Source: Vampirovibrio chlorellavorus (GTDB taxonomy: Bacteria; Cyanobacteriota; Vampirovibrionia; Vampirovibrionales; Vampirovibrionaceae). From it: a stretch of 64,000 bases of DNA. The position numbers and the translations under genes were made by a program. The notes under the pieces are model-generated. The model worked only from the letters and a program-made list of their open reading frames with translations. It was not told where the DNA came from and did no database searches. This document shows, one piece after another, positions 1 to 9,259 of the stretch. How positions within the stretch are numbered: position 1 is the stretch's first letter; each line of letters begins with the position of its first letter. The stretch is taken from the NCBI GenBank assembly GCA_903866275.1, contig CAIPMU010000016.1, positions 195,978 to 259,977 on the forward strand, given 5' to 3'.

Positions 1-491
1 ACCCAATGCCCAATCACCACCGGAGAGGCTGCGGGGTGAAAAACTTCCAGCGACACCACACCCCGCAAGCCCAGCGCATCTAGCGCTTGCAAGCTCTCAG
101 GGGCAGAAGCAATATCGTTCACACAGGTGGTTCCGGTTGAGAGTGCCTCCAAGGCACCATTAAAACAGCGCTGCCATCGGGCTTGTGGGTCCGTGTTTGC
201 CTGAAGGACACCCACCACCCGCAGCAACCACACCGAAAAAGGCTCATCGTCTCCCTTGGGAATCGGCGCGGGAAAGGATTGCTCCAGATGCACATGCGCG
301 TTCACCAGGCCCGGCGTCAACAGGGTACCGGGTTGAGGCGCAGCAGAATCCCAATCCGACGGCATGGCCGCAATAGGACCCACAGCCACAATTTGCCCAT
401 CGGCCCACGCCATAAAGCCATTGGGAATCGGCGCCTGATTCACCGGCAAAACCCATTGCGCCGTCATCACTTGCAGGTTATCACTATTCAT
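1..491 (-). CDS. Amidohydrolase family protein (deaminase-like), 5' part only; runs off the window start
   Basis: Not in the ORF track. Manual minus-strand translation from ATG 491 gives MNSDNLQVMTAQWVLPV...LLTPGLVNAHVHLEQ...GTTCVNDIA, open to the window edge. PGLVNAHxH is the amidohydrolase metal motif. Confidence 0.85.
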   Translation of the reverse strand, partial: MNSDNLQVMTAQWVLPVNQAPIPNGFMAWADGQIVAVGPIAAMPSDWDSAAPQPGTLLTPGLVNAHVHLEQSFPAPIPKGDDEPFSVWLLRVVGVLQANTDPQARWQRCFNGALEALSTGTTCVNDIASAPESLQALDALGLRGVVSLEVFHPAASPVVIGHW

Positions 492-660
492 CAGGGGTAC
501 TCTTGGTTTCCAACAATTGGGCTCACACCAGCATAGCGGGAGCCTTGCGCCCAGTAAACCAATTCTTGTAGCGAACTAGCGGGCAGATCTTTCCTTTGCA
601 TGCGGTTGATATACAATAAGGGAGTAATCGCTCCCTTGGCAAGAAAGGCTCCCGCGCATC

Positions 661-801
661 ATGATCGACAAAAGCAAGACCAACTTTTTCTCTCAAAACC
701 CAGAACGCGTCATGATATTCATCTTCCCGCTGATCACCTTAACCCTGTTTGTGGTGGCGGCCTTTTTATGGTGGGTCATTACCACGCAAATCCTGCACTA
801 G
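661..801 (+). CDS. Small single-pass membrane protein (46 aa)
   Basis: Manual translation MIDKSKTNFFSQNPERVMIFIFPLITLTLFVVAAFLWWVITTQILH*. It has one long hydrophobic stretch and a purine-rich AAGAAAGG upstream. Confidence 0.5.
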   Translation: MIDKSKTNFFSQNPERVMIFIFPLITLTLFVVAAFLWWVITTQILH

Positions 802-883
802 GCCTTCACAAGCCAATGGGAGAAACGTCACAGCACCGAAAAGCGTGACGTGATACAACCGATTATCAGGGGAAAACGTTGAG

Positions 884-2143
884 ATGAGTAAAAAGCGGAA
901 CTTTTTGCCGCCATTGATCAATCCAATGGTCGTTGGAACCATGTGGTTACTGTTTCCGTTTCTACTGCGCTGGGGGGGGCTCTCCGTCAAAATTGATCCA
1001 CAAAGCCTGCAGAAACTGAAAGAATACCGTGGGACACGGATGTTGCTCCTACCCAATCACCCCACCGGCGAAGAACCCGTGGTGCTCTTTGAAATCTGGC
1101 GCTGGATGGGAGAAGTCTTTAACGTCGTGGCTGCCCGGGAAGTCTTTGACTGGGAACATGGTTTTCGGGGCTGGGTCTTGCGTCGGGTGGGCGCCTATTC
1201 CATCATCCGGGGCAGCGCCGACCGGGAATCCTTCATGACCTCCAAAAAAATCCTGATGGAAGGGTTACATCGACTGGTCATTTTCATCGAAGGTGAGATT
1301 TCCCGCGGCGGCGAAACGTTAATCCCGTTTGAATCCGGGGTCATCCAACTGGCCTTTTGGGCACAGGAAGGCTTGCTGAAAAACGCGGCCAAAACCAGCG
1401 AGCATGCAGACGCCGCCCAGGAAAGTCCGCCCATTTTCATCGCCCCAGTCGCCATCAAATATTTTTACCTGAACAACAGTGAGCCCGACATCGAAAAAGC
1501 CATGACGAATCTGGAGAAATCCGTTGAAATTTTGGCGACACCCGACATGAATCGCTACGATCGCTTGCGCGCCGTGGGACTCAAAATTCTGGAGGTCCAG
1601 GAATCCATGCATCAACTCGGGCATGCCTCGGAATGCTCACTCACAGAACGCGTGGAAGCCATCAAGCACCGAATCCTTAACAAAATGGAGCTATTTCTGG
1701 ATCTGAAACCCGATCCGCAAGCCAACACCTTGACCCGCCTGCGTGAAATTCGAAACACGATGGACCACCTGATTCACACCTATGAAGACCCGGTAGAATT
1801 CAGTGAGTACGAAAAACGAATGGTAGAACACCTAAGAGGCACACTCAGTGAGTTCTATACCGATCTGGACCGGGTCGTTTATTTCCTGACCTACAACGAA
1901 AATTATCTGCAGGGAAATCAAACCCCGGAGCGGATTGTCGATACAATCCGAAGACTTGAAAAAGAAGTCTATGGAAAACCTAGACTTTCCCCTCGGCGGG
2001 TCGCCCACGTCAAAGTGGGTGAAATCGTCAATCTTAAAAATGAATTCCCGAAATACGAGCAAGACAAGAAAAACTACGCAAAAACCATGGCAGCCACCGT
2101 GGAAGAGAACATGCGGTTATTGTTACTCAGCATGCAACGCTAA
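884..2143 (+). CDS. Lysophospholipid/glycerol-phosphate acyltransferase (PlsC-like, long form)
   Basis: Acyltransferase blocks LLPNHPT, GAYSIIRG and FIEGE, plus an N-terminal hydrophobic segment. Confidence 0.8.
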   Translation: MSKKRNFLPPLINPMVVGTMWLLFPFLLRWGGLSVKIDPQSLQKLKEYRGTRMLLLPNHPTGEEPVVLFEIWRWMGEVFNVVAAREVFDWEHGFRGWVLRRVGAYSIIRGSADRESFMTSKKILMEGLHRLVIFIEGEISRGGETLIPFESGVIQLAFWAQEGLLKNAAKTSEHADAAQESPPIFIAPVAIKYFYLNNSEPDIEKAMTNLEKSVEILATPDMNRYDRLRAVGLKILEVQESMHQLGHASECSLTERVEAIKHRILNKMELFLDLKPDPQANTLTRLREIRNTMDHLIHTYEDPVEFSEYEKRMVEHLRGTLSEFYTDLDRVVYFLTYNENYLQGNQTPERIVDTIRRLEKEVYGKPRLSPRRVAHVKVGEIVNLKNEFPKYEQDKKNYAKTMAATVEENMRLLLLSMQR

Positions 2144-2177
2144 CCAAATTCTCTCCTGGCGCCAATGCCCAAACTAG

Positions 2178-2212
2178 CAAAATGCCTCCCACTTGTCGCA
2201 GGAGGCATTTTG
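2178..2212. terminator. Hairpin between convergent plsC-like gene and rpsI (probable bidirectional terminator)
   Basis: Perfect 12-bp stem CAAAATGCCTCC / GGAGGCATTTTG. Confidence 0.7.
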
Positions 2213-2246
2213 AAGTTGTGCTGATTCTGGCTGGTGCCAGATAATC

Positions 2247-2654
2247 TTAACGCTTGGAGAACTGGAAGCGTTTACGGGCTTTCTTGCGACCGTATTTTTT
2301 ACGTTCCTTCACGCGAGAATCGCGAGTCAGGAAGCCTTCCTTCCGCATAGCCACTTCGTAATCAGGATTAATATCGGACAAGGCACGAGCAACACCCATG
2401 CGAATCGCGACAGACTGACCCACAATACCACCACCGGTAGCGTTAACGAGAACGTTGAAGCGCTCTTCAACACCAGCGGCAATCAAGGGTTGCTTCACCG
2501 GAATATGCAATGCTTGACGGTTGCCGAGGTATTGTTCCATCGACTTACCGTTAATAATAACGGTTCCGTTACCAGGTACCAGGCGAACACGCACAATGGC
2601 CTCTTTGCGACGACCAGTGCCGCGAGTGCCTACTTTAGGATATGGAGCAGCCAT
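2247..2654 (-). CDS. rpsI: 30S ribosomal protein S9
   Basis: GTGRRKEAIVRV, GGGIVGQ, C-terminal KKARKRFQFSKR. Confidence 0.98.
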   Translation of the reverse strand: MAAPYPKVGTRGTGRRKEAIVRVRLVPGNGTVIINGKSMEQYLGNRQALHIPVKQPLIAAGVEERFNVLVNATGGGIVGQSVAIRMGVARALSDINPDYEVAMRKEGFLTRDSRVKERKKYGRKKARKRFQFSKR

Positions 2655-3100
2655 TATTCAGCGTTCTCCTTTTCTAACTGATACGCTACAGGTTTTTGTG
2701 CTGCATGCGGATGTTCCGCACCAGCGTAAATATTGAGCTTGTTCAATTGCGCACGACCCAGGGTGTTGTGGGGGAGCATGCCTTTAACAGCAATTTCAAG
2801 GGGTTTTTCAGGGCGCAGAGACATCATGTTTTTGAAGGTCACCGTTCTCAAACCACCGGGGTAGCTGGTGTGACGACGATACAATTTATCGTTGCCTTTG
2901 TTGCCAGAAACCTTGACCTTCTCGGCATTGATCACAATGACAAAATCACCGGTATCAATGTTAGGCGTGTATTGAGGTTTGTGCTTGCCACGCAACAGAT
3001 TGGCGATTTGGCAAGCCAGACGGCCCAACGTTTGACCTTCGGCGTCAATGAGCCACCAGGTACGTTCAAGCTCAAGAGGCTTTGCGGAATAGGTTTTCAT
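2654..3100 (-). CDS. rplM: 50S ribosomal protein L13
   Basis: MKTYSAK...[15 protein letters not shown]...GDFVIVINA...KGMLP...HPHAAQ. Start set at ATG 3100, not the longer ORF-track start. Confidence 0.97.
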   Translation of the reverse strand: MKTYSAKPLELERTWWLIDAEGQTLGRLACQIANLLRGKHKPQYTPNIDTGDFVIVINAEKVKVSGNKGNDKLYRRHTSYPGGLRTVTFKNMMSLRPEKPLEIAVKGMLPHNTLGRAQLNKLNIYAGAEHPHAAQKPVAYQLEKENAE

Positions 3101-3983
3101 TTTGCAGGGACTCCATTGGTTTAAGGATATTTTTGAATTGCTGGACGTAAACGTCCTTTTCAAAGAGATTGAACGGGGCTTGATAGTGGACTGACATCAG
3201 GGTTAAACCTTCCGCAGGCGCCGAGTGAGAAGCTTTTCGACGATCACGTTCTGAAATGACTTTCAGAATGGTTTCCGGTGACAAAGAGTTTTTGTGATTA
3301 CCAATGACCATTAACTGGCCAACGATATTCCTGACCATTTTATACAGAAAACGGTTGGCTGCAACGTCTACAGTAATAAAATCACCATCACGACTCACTT
3401 GAATTGCTTCAATTCGGCAGAAATCATGAGTCACGTTGCTGCCCAAATCCTTGAAGCTGGTGAACTCGTGCTCGCCCAAAATCAACTGGGCAGCCTGATT
3501 CATCAAATCTGTATCCAGAACAGGGCGGTGTAATGTAGCACCGTGCTGCGCCCAAACCGAACGGTTCCTAGAATTGTAAATTTTGTAACGATACCATTTG
3601 GCTGTTGCATCCCGGCGAGCGTGGAACGAGCGGCCAAGATCCAACTGGACCGCACGAACCGCAATACTACCGGGCAGCACTGCGTTCAGGGCAGAGGCCA
3701 AATTGGAAACATTAACCAAGGCATCCGTGGCCACATCGAAGTGAGCCACTTGTCCCAAGGCATTGACGCCGGCATCGGTACGACTGGCAAAACTCACGGC
3801 AGAAGTCTTTAGATTCAACTGCTGCAAAGCAATTTGTACAGCGGATTGGACCGTGGGTTGATTGCGTTGAGCCTGACTCCCCCGAAATTCGAGACCACAA
3901 TACTCAACCAGAAGAGCAACCCGCGAAATGGCGCAGTTTTCTTCTGATTGGTAAAAGTTTACAGGTATTGTGGTGTCTGTCAT
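3072..3983 (-). CDS. truA: tRNA pseudouridine(38-40) synthase TruA
   Basis: [37 protein letters not shown]. Probable start ATG 3983. The 3' end overlaps the rplM start by 29 nt. Confidence 0.95.
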   Translation of the reverse strand: MTDTTIPVNFYQSEENCAISRVALLVEYCGLEFRGSQAQRNQPTVQSAVQIALQQLNLKTSAVSFASRTDAGVNALGQVAHFDVATDALVNVSNLASALNAVLPGSIAVRAVQLDLGRSFHARRDATAKWYRYKIYNSRNRSVWAQHGATLHRPVLDTDLMNQAAQLILGEHEFTSFKDLGSNVTHDFCRIEAIQVSRDGDFITVDVAANRFLYKMVRNIVGQLMVIGNHKNSLSPETILKVISERDRRKASHSAPAEGLTLMSVHYQAPFNLFEKDVYVQQFKNILKPMESLQNENLFRKAS

Positions 3984-4037
3984 TCTTGGTTCTTTTCGGC
4001 TTCCGGTATCACCCAATCAATGGTGATGACCGATGGG

Positions 4038-4451
4038 TTATGAAGGCAATTCAAAGGTTAATTGAATCAGAGCCATCGGAGCAGCATCACCACGGCGAGG
4101 CGGCATTTGAATCACGCGGGTGTAGCCACCTTTGCGATCCGCGAAACGAGGGCCCACTTTCGTGAAAATGCGGCGCAACACCGTTTCAGGGATTTCCCGA
4201 TTTTTCTCATCGGTAATCGTTTCGCCCGTGCGGCTGTGGAAGATCAGGTTACGAACCTGACGAATCGCATGAACATCGCCGCGTTTGGCCAAGGTCACAA
4301 TGCGATCCGCGTGCTTCTTGAGTGCTTTGGCACGAATCAGGGTAGTGGTAATTTCATCGTGCGTAAACAGACTGGTCGCCATGCTGCGAATCATGGCTTT
4401 TCGCTGATCCGCGGGTCTGCCGAGGTGGTCAACTTTACAGCGGTGTCTCAT
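4038..4451 (-). CDS. rplQ: 50S ribosomal protein L17
   Basis: MRHR...LGRPADQRKAM...ITTT...RKGGYTRV...RRGDAAPMA. Confidence 0.97.
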   Translation of the reverse strand: MRHRCKVDHLGRPADQRKAMIRSMATSLFTHDEITTTLIRAKALKKHADRIVTLAKRGDVHAIRQVRNLIFHSRTGETITDEKNREIPETVLRRIFTKVGPRFADRKGGYTRVIQMPPRRGDAAPMALIQLTFELPS

Positions 4452-4487
4452 GGTTACTTCCTTATTGGTTTAAATTCGGTTTAATAC

Positions 4488-5468
4488 TTATACTTCCAGA
4501 TCGACCGGGAGAATGGTACCTTCCGGATCGGGGCGCAGATTCAAGCCAAAGGCTTGCAAGCGCTCAATCACTTCGTCCGAAGATTTCTTGCCGAAGTTTT
4601 TGATATTCAGCAGATCGTTCTCAGACTTGGTCAGCAACTCGGCGATACTGTTAATGTTGGCGCGCTTCAAGCAATTGAAAGCACGGACAGACAGTTCCAG
4701 ATCTTCAATGGAAATATTGGGAGTCTGCACTTCTTCCTTGTGCTCAACTTCCTGCTGGGCTTGAGTCACCAGGGTCGGAATGCCACTCAGGGAAGCAATC
4801 GGGACCAGGTGTTCAATCAACATGTTGGCAGCCTGGCTCAATGCGCTGCTGACGTCAATACTGCCATTCGACCACATTTCCAGTTGAAGTTTATCGTAGT
4901 CAGTACGCTGTCCAACGCGGGTATCTTCCACGCTGTATGCAACGCGACGGATAGGCATGTAAACGGCATCCAGCGTGAGCGTATCCACAGCCTTGTTGGC
5001 CGTGTTGTTATCAGCCGGAACATACCCTTTGCCCACTTCAGCGGTCATCACAGCATGCAAGCTGGCGCCTTCACTCAGGGTGCAAATGTGCCAATCGGGG
5101 TTCACGATTTTCACATCGGCAGGGACTTCCAGGTCTCCAGCGGTCACCGGACCGGTCTTGTCGACATCCAGACGGATGTAGAGGGGCTCATCGCTATTGC
5201 TTTTCAGCACGACACCCTTCAGGTTTAACATCACATCCAGCACATCTTCCACAACGCCAGGAATGGTCGTAAATTCGTGCGTAACGCCTTCGATACGCAC
5301 GGATGTAATCGCGCATCCGGATAGACTGGACAACAGAATCCGACGCAGGGAATTACCCAACGTGGTGCCGTAGCCTCTTTCCAGGGGCTCAATCACAAAC
5401 TTACCATAGATGGAACCGTCGGAATCAGTGGTGGTATTGATACATTTAATGTTCAGCTGCTGATCCAT
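4488..5468 (-). CDS. rpoA: DNA-directed RNA polymerase subunit alpha
   Basis: EPLERGYGTTLGNSLRRILLSS; alpha-CTD LELSVRAFNCLKRA...NFGKKS. Confidence 0.99.
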   Translation of the reverse strand: MDQQLNIKCINTTTDSDGSIYGKFVIEPLERGYGTTLGNSLRRILLSSLSGCAITSVRIEGVTHEFTTIPGVVEDVLDVMLNLKGVVLKSNSDEPLYIRLDVDKTGPVTAGDLEVPADVKIVNPDWHICTLSEGASLHAVMTAEVGKGYVPADNNTANKAVDTLTLDAVYMPIRRVAYSVEDTRVGQRTDYDKLQLEMWSNGSIDVSSALSQAANMLIEHLVPIASLSGIPTLVTQAQQEVEHKEEVQTPNISIEDLELSVRAFNCLKRANINSIAELLTKSENDLLNIKNFGKKSSDEVIERLQAFGLNLRPDPEGTILPVDLEV

Positions 5469-5522
5469 GAATTCTGTTGCTCCAAAATTAATGCTTTTAA
5501 GTCAAGGACAGTAGAACGAGGC

Positions 5523-6131
5523 TTAACGAGAGTAGTACTCAATGATGAGCGCTTCGTTAATGGTTTGATCAATGTCCTCGCGCTCAGGAACGCTCTTGAA
5601 TTTGACCACCATATTCACTTCATCCACTTCTTGCCAGTGAGGAACCAGCGGCTGGTGATGTGGATTGGCGTCTTGCAGTTGCTTCACAAGTGCTTTACTC
5701 TTCTCGCGAATGCTCAGCAAATCACCGGGCTTCATCTGATAAGAGGCAATGTCCACTTTGTGACCGTTCACTTGAACGTGACCATGAGACACCAGCTGAC
5801 GTGCTTGCGGACGGGTTGTAGCCAAGCCCGAGCGGTACAAAATGTTGTCCAGACGGCATTCCAGCAATTGAAGCAGGATGGTACCAGTCACACCTTCTTT
5901 ACGTACAGCGCGATCATAGGTGCGACGGAATTGTTTTTCCATCAAGCCATAGGTACGACGTACTTTTTGTTTTTCAGCCAGTTGAATGGCAAATTCAGAT
6001 TGTTTCTTGCGAGCAGCGCCGTGTTGACCGGGCGGGTTGGTGTTCTTCATCCGACCCGCTTTGGGGCTGATGTCCAATACTGTACCGGCTCTTCGGCTTT
6101 GCTTGAAAACGGACTCGCGATTACGTGCCAA
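5523..6131 (-). CDS. rpsD: 30S ribosomal protein S4 (no zinc Cys motif)
   Basis: PPGQHG, QLAEKQKVR, LECRLDNILYR, QARQLVSHGH, IIEYYSR. Confidence 0.97.
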   Translation of the reverse strand: MARNRESVFKQSRRAGTVLDISPKAGRMKNTNPPGQHGAARKKQSEFAIQLAEKQKVRRTYGLMEKQFRRTYDRAVRKEGVTGTILLQLLECRLDNILYRSGLATTRPQARQLVSHGHVQVNGHKVDIASYQMKPGDLLSIREKSKALVKQLQDANPHHQPLVPHWQEVDEVNMVVKFKSVPEREDIDQTINEALIIEYYSR

Positions 6132-6159
6132 AGCGATAACTCCTTAAGGTTTCGTTGTT

Positions 6160-6549
6160 TTAAACTCTGCGACGTTTGGGAGGACGGCAACCATTGTGAG
6201 GAATGGGAGTCACATCCTTGATCATACTAATTTCCAATCCAGCCACCTGAAGGGCGCGGATTGCGGTTTCCCGACCGGCACCAGGGCCGCTGACAAAAAC
6301 TTCAGCGGAGCGCATACCGTGTTCCATAGCCTTTTTAGCAACCGTCTCAGCGGCAGATTGAGCGGCAAACGGGGTACCTTTACGGGCACCCTTAAAACCT
6401 TCAGAACCAGCGCTACCCCAGGAAATCACGTTCCCTTGAGGATCGGTGCAGGACACAATGGTGTTGTTAAAAGTAGACTGGATGTGCACGACACCCTGAA
6501 GAATATTCTTCTTCTCTTTCCGTTTTGTTTTTCCGGGTTTCTCAGCCAT
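6160..6549 (-). CDS. rpsK: 30S ribosomal protein S11
   Basis: [42 protein letters not shown]. Confidence 0.99.
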   Translation of the reverse strand: MAEKPGKTKRKEKKNILQGVVHIQSTFNNTIVSCTDPQGNVISWGSAGSEGFKGARKGTPFAAQSAAETVAKKAMEHGMRSAEVFVSGPGAGRETAIRALQVAGLEISMIKDVTPIPHNGCRPPKRRRV

Positions 6550-6646
6550 TTTGGTCTTTTATCTCCATTAAAGCTTGGTAATTCGTAAGTCTGGTTAAAC
6601 AGGATGAACCGTGAATGGCACAGGTTTCCTAGGTATTATTATCGAC

Positions 6647-7015
6647 CTATGCTTTTTTCTTCATCGGCGCAGAGCGCTTACCACGACGAGTACGACCATT
6701 GGTTTTGGTGCGCTGACCACGAACCGGCAAGCCACGTTTGTGACGCTGACCCCGGTAGCAGTTAATTTCAATCAAGCGCTTGATGTTCATGCTCTCAGAG
6801 CGACGCAGATCGCCTTCCACCTGGTAGTTGCGTTCAATCTCATCACGCAAGGCATTGATCTCGGCTTCCGTCAAGTCATCCGTGCGCTTGTCAGGGTTAA
6901 TCTTGGTGGTTTCCAAAATTTTACGGCTAACGGAAGGACCGATACCATAGATATAAGGAAGGGCATACAACAGCTTTTTGTTTCTGGGGAGATCGACTCC
7001 AACGATTCTAGCCAT
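6647..7015 (-). CDS. rpsM: 30S ribosomal protein S13
   Basis: [10 protein letters not shown]...IYGIG...[21 protein letters not shown]. Confidence 0.99.
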   Translation of the reverse strand: MARIVGVDLPRNKKLLYALPYIYGIGPSVSRKILETTKINPDKRTDDLTEAEINALRDEIERNYQVEGDLRRSESMNIKRLIEINCYRGQRHKRGLPVRGQRTKTNGRTRRGKRSAPMKKKA

Positions 7016-7269
7016 TTGGACTCCTGTTCAACAGATTTATAACTTGTGTGTAAAAAAAGGGGGACAGTCGAGGTCGGGTAACTTGGAAGTATACCTAGGA
7101 ATGATAAAACTAAAGTAAAAACAAGCCAGAATCAAGGGGGCAGTGAGAATTTGAAAGAATTGCATTAACTTTTGTAATGCGCCAGACCCCTAAATAGCAG
7201 ACAGCAAGCCTGAAAGCAATAGTGGCCACCTTTTGGGCAGCCGCCTATCCATTCAAGTGCACCAGTCTA

Positions 7270-7383
7270 TCAACCTTGACGCTGTTTGTGCTTGGGATTG
7301 AGGCAAATAATGGCCACGCGCTTCTTACGACGAATGACTTTACAATGCTCACACATTTTCTTTACAGATGTACGGACTTTCAT
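7270..7383 (-). CDS. rpmJ: 50S ribosomal protein L36 (zinc-binding form)
   Basis: Below the ORF-track cutoff. Manual translation [37 protein letters not shown]. Confidence 0.97.
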   Translation of the reverse strand: MKVRTSVKKMCEHCKVIRRKKRVAIICLNPKHKQRQG

Positions 7384-7412
7384 GATGTATAACCTTCGAT
7401 TTGCTATCTGAA

Positions 7413-7628
7413 CTATTTAAGCCGGTATGTGATCCGGCCACGGGTTAAGTCGTAGGGGGAAAGCTCAATTTTAACCTTATCACCCGGGAGGATGCGAATA
7501 AAGTTCTTGCGAATCTTACCAGAAATATGAGCCAGGATCACCAGCCCGTTTTCCAATTCAACCCGAAACATTGCGTTGGGAAGAGATTCGTGGACAGTGC
7601 CTTCCATTTCGATGACGTCTTTTGCCAT
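7413..7628 (-). CDS. infA: Translation initiation factor IF-1
   Basis: [10 protein letters not shown]...[10 protein letters not shown]...[16 protein letters not shown]...RGRITYR. Confidence 0.99.
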   Translation of the reverse strand: MAKDVIEMEGTVHESLPNAMFRVELENGLVILAHISGKIRKNFIRILPGDKVKIELSPYDLTRGRITYRLK

Positions 7629-7669
7629 AGGGTGTTTTGTTAAATCCTAACTAATGCGACTGCTAGCGA

Positions 7670-8437
7670 CTATGCTAAGGGCAGAAGGGTGAGTATTTCC
7701 GGCTCCCCTTTGGTAACAACTACTGTATGCTCAAAATGGGCTGACGGCAAGTGGTCTTTTGTAACAACCGTCCACTCGTCTTCTGCCGTATACACATCGT
7801 CGGTACCCAAGTTGAACATGGGCTCTATGGCGAGGACATTACCCTCTTCCAGTCGAGGCCCGCGCTCCCCGGTACGGAAATTATGAATAAAGGGGGCTTC
7901 ATGCGGCTTGCGCCCAACACCATGACCGCCGTAATTACGGACCAGGCCGTAGCCGTACTTAAGACACACATCTTCAATTGCCGCCGAAATATCTTCAAGA
8001 TAGTTACCCGGCCGCATCTGGGCGATACCGGCCAAGAGGCCTTCATCTGTGGCTTTCAGCAATTGTAAAATTTCAGGCTTGACCGTGCCAACCGGCCAAG
8101 TGACGGCTGAATCCGAGACCATGCCTTTATAGGTGGTGCCGCAGTCAATACTCACCACGTCCCCGTCATGAAGAATTTTATGGGGATTGGGAATCCCATG
8201 CACCACTTCATCATTCACCGAAATACAAAGCGTGGCCGGGAAATTATAGAGTCCTTTAAACGTAGGAACACCGCCCTGTTTGCGAATGTATGCCTCAGCA
8301 ATGTCATTCAACTCTTGCGTGCTGATGCCCGGTTTTATGGCGTCTCTGACGACGATGTGCGTTTCCGCATTAATTTTTGCCGCACTGCGGATTAGATTAA
8401 TTTCGTGTCTTGATTTGCGATCAATCCGCTCAGACAT
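7670..8437 (-). CDS. map: Methionine aminopeptidase, type I
   Basis: CISVNDEVVHGIP, IDCG, DSA, GHGVG, AIEPM, SAHFEHT. Confidence 0.98.
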   Translation of the reverse strand: MSERIDRKSRHEINLIRSAAKINAETHIVVRDAIKPGISTQELNDIAEAYIRKQGGVPTFKGLYNFPATLCISVNDEVVHGIPNPHKILHDGDVVSIDCGTTYKGMVSDSAVTWPVGTVKPEILQLLKATDEGLLAGIAQMRPGNYLEDISAAIEDVCLKYGYGLVRNYGGHGVGRKPHEAPFIHNFRTGERGPRLEEGNVLAIEPMFNLGTDDVYTAEDEWTVVTKDHLPSAHFEHTVVVTKGEPEILTLLPLA

Positions 8438-8446
8438 TGTATTCTC

Positions 8447-9235
8447 CTAGGAAACGGGCGCCAAGGCCAAAATGGGATGCATAACTGTTTCAATCGACTG
8501 AGTGACTTTTTCCGGAGCTTGATCACCGTTGATTTCAGCCAATTCCTGGGTCTGACGATAATGCGCTATGAGCGGATCGGTCTCTTTGGAATACTCAACC
8601 AGGCGCTTTTCAACGGTTTGAGGTTCATCATCAGCCCGGACAATCAGCTCCGCCTCATCCAGCGTACATTGCCAGACTTCACGGCCCTGGGCGTCAACTT
8701 CAACACCGGTGCCATCTGCTTTCATTTTTTTATACTTGGGCGCCAGTTTGGCATCATTGACGTTGTACACATGCCTGGCATCCTGACTGCAAAAACGACG
8801 ACCCGTCGCCCGAGCTTTCACCACGTCCATCGGGACATTTAAATAGATCACCTTGGCCAAGGTGGCTTGCCATTCCTGACATAAAGTGGCCAAAGCCGAG
8901 GCCTGATCCTGGCTTCGGGGAAAGCCATCCAGAATGAAACCTTTGGCTTCAGGATTTTGAGCAGCCAATGCCTCGAAGTTTTTCTTGAAGATCTTGACCA
9001 CGGTTTCCACGGGAACCAATTTGCCGTTATTCATAAAGGATTCCAGCTCCGCCTTCAATTGCGGATCGCGGCCCTCTTTCATGATGGCCCGGAAGGTTGA
9101 GCCCATATCAAATGTCGGCAAATTGTAGCGTTCCGACAAGATTTGAGTTTGAGTGCCCTTGCCACCATTGGGCGGGGCGACAAAGGGAAACAACAGTTTT
9201 CCGGTTAACGGATTTTGTGTGGAGGAGGTCGTCAT
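8447..9235 (-). CDS. adk: Adenylate kinase
   Basis: P-loop APPNGGKGTQ, GFILDGFPRS, RADD. Position between secY and map is the usual one. Confidence 0.95.
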   Translation of the reverse strand: MTTSSTQNPLTGKLLFPFVAPPNGGKGTQTQILSERYNLPTFDMGSTFRAIMKEGRDPQLKAELESFMNNGKLVPVETVVKIFKKNFEALAAQNPEAKGFILDGFPRSQDQASALATLCQEWQATLAKVIYLNVPMDVVKARATGRRFCSQDARHVYNVNDAKLAPKYKKMKADGTGVEVDAQGREVWQCTLDEAELIVRADDEPQTVEKRLVEYSKETDPLIAHYRQTQELAEINGDQAPEKVTQSIETVMHPILALAPVS

Positions 9236-9259
9236 TGGGAAATTGCAATCTCTACTAAA

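Noticed and set aside
1419-1428. AGGAAAGTCC resembling the RNase P P4 signature
   Set aside because: It lies inside the acyltransferase CDS and the 3' P4 partner is absent.
3072-3163. Frameshift or fusion at truA/rplM, and the long upstream ORF-track starts for rplM, rpsE, punA, ispH, the MFS gene and thiL
   Set aside because: Each gene is intact; shorter starts with SD-like sequences fit family lengths; the 29-nt overlap is ordinary translational coupling.
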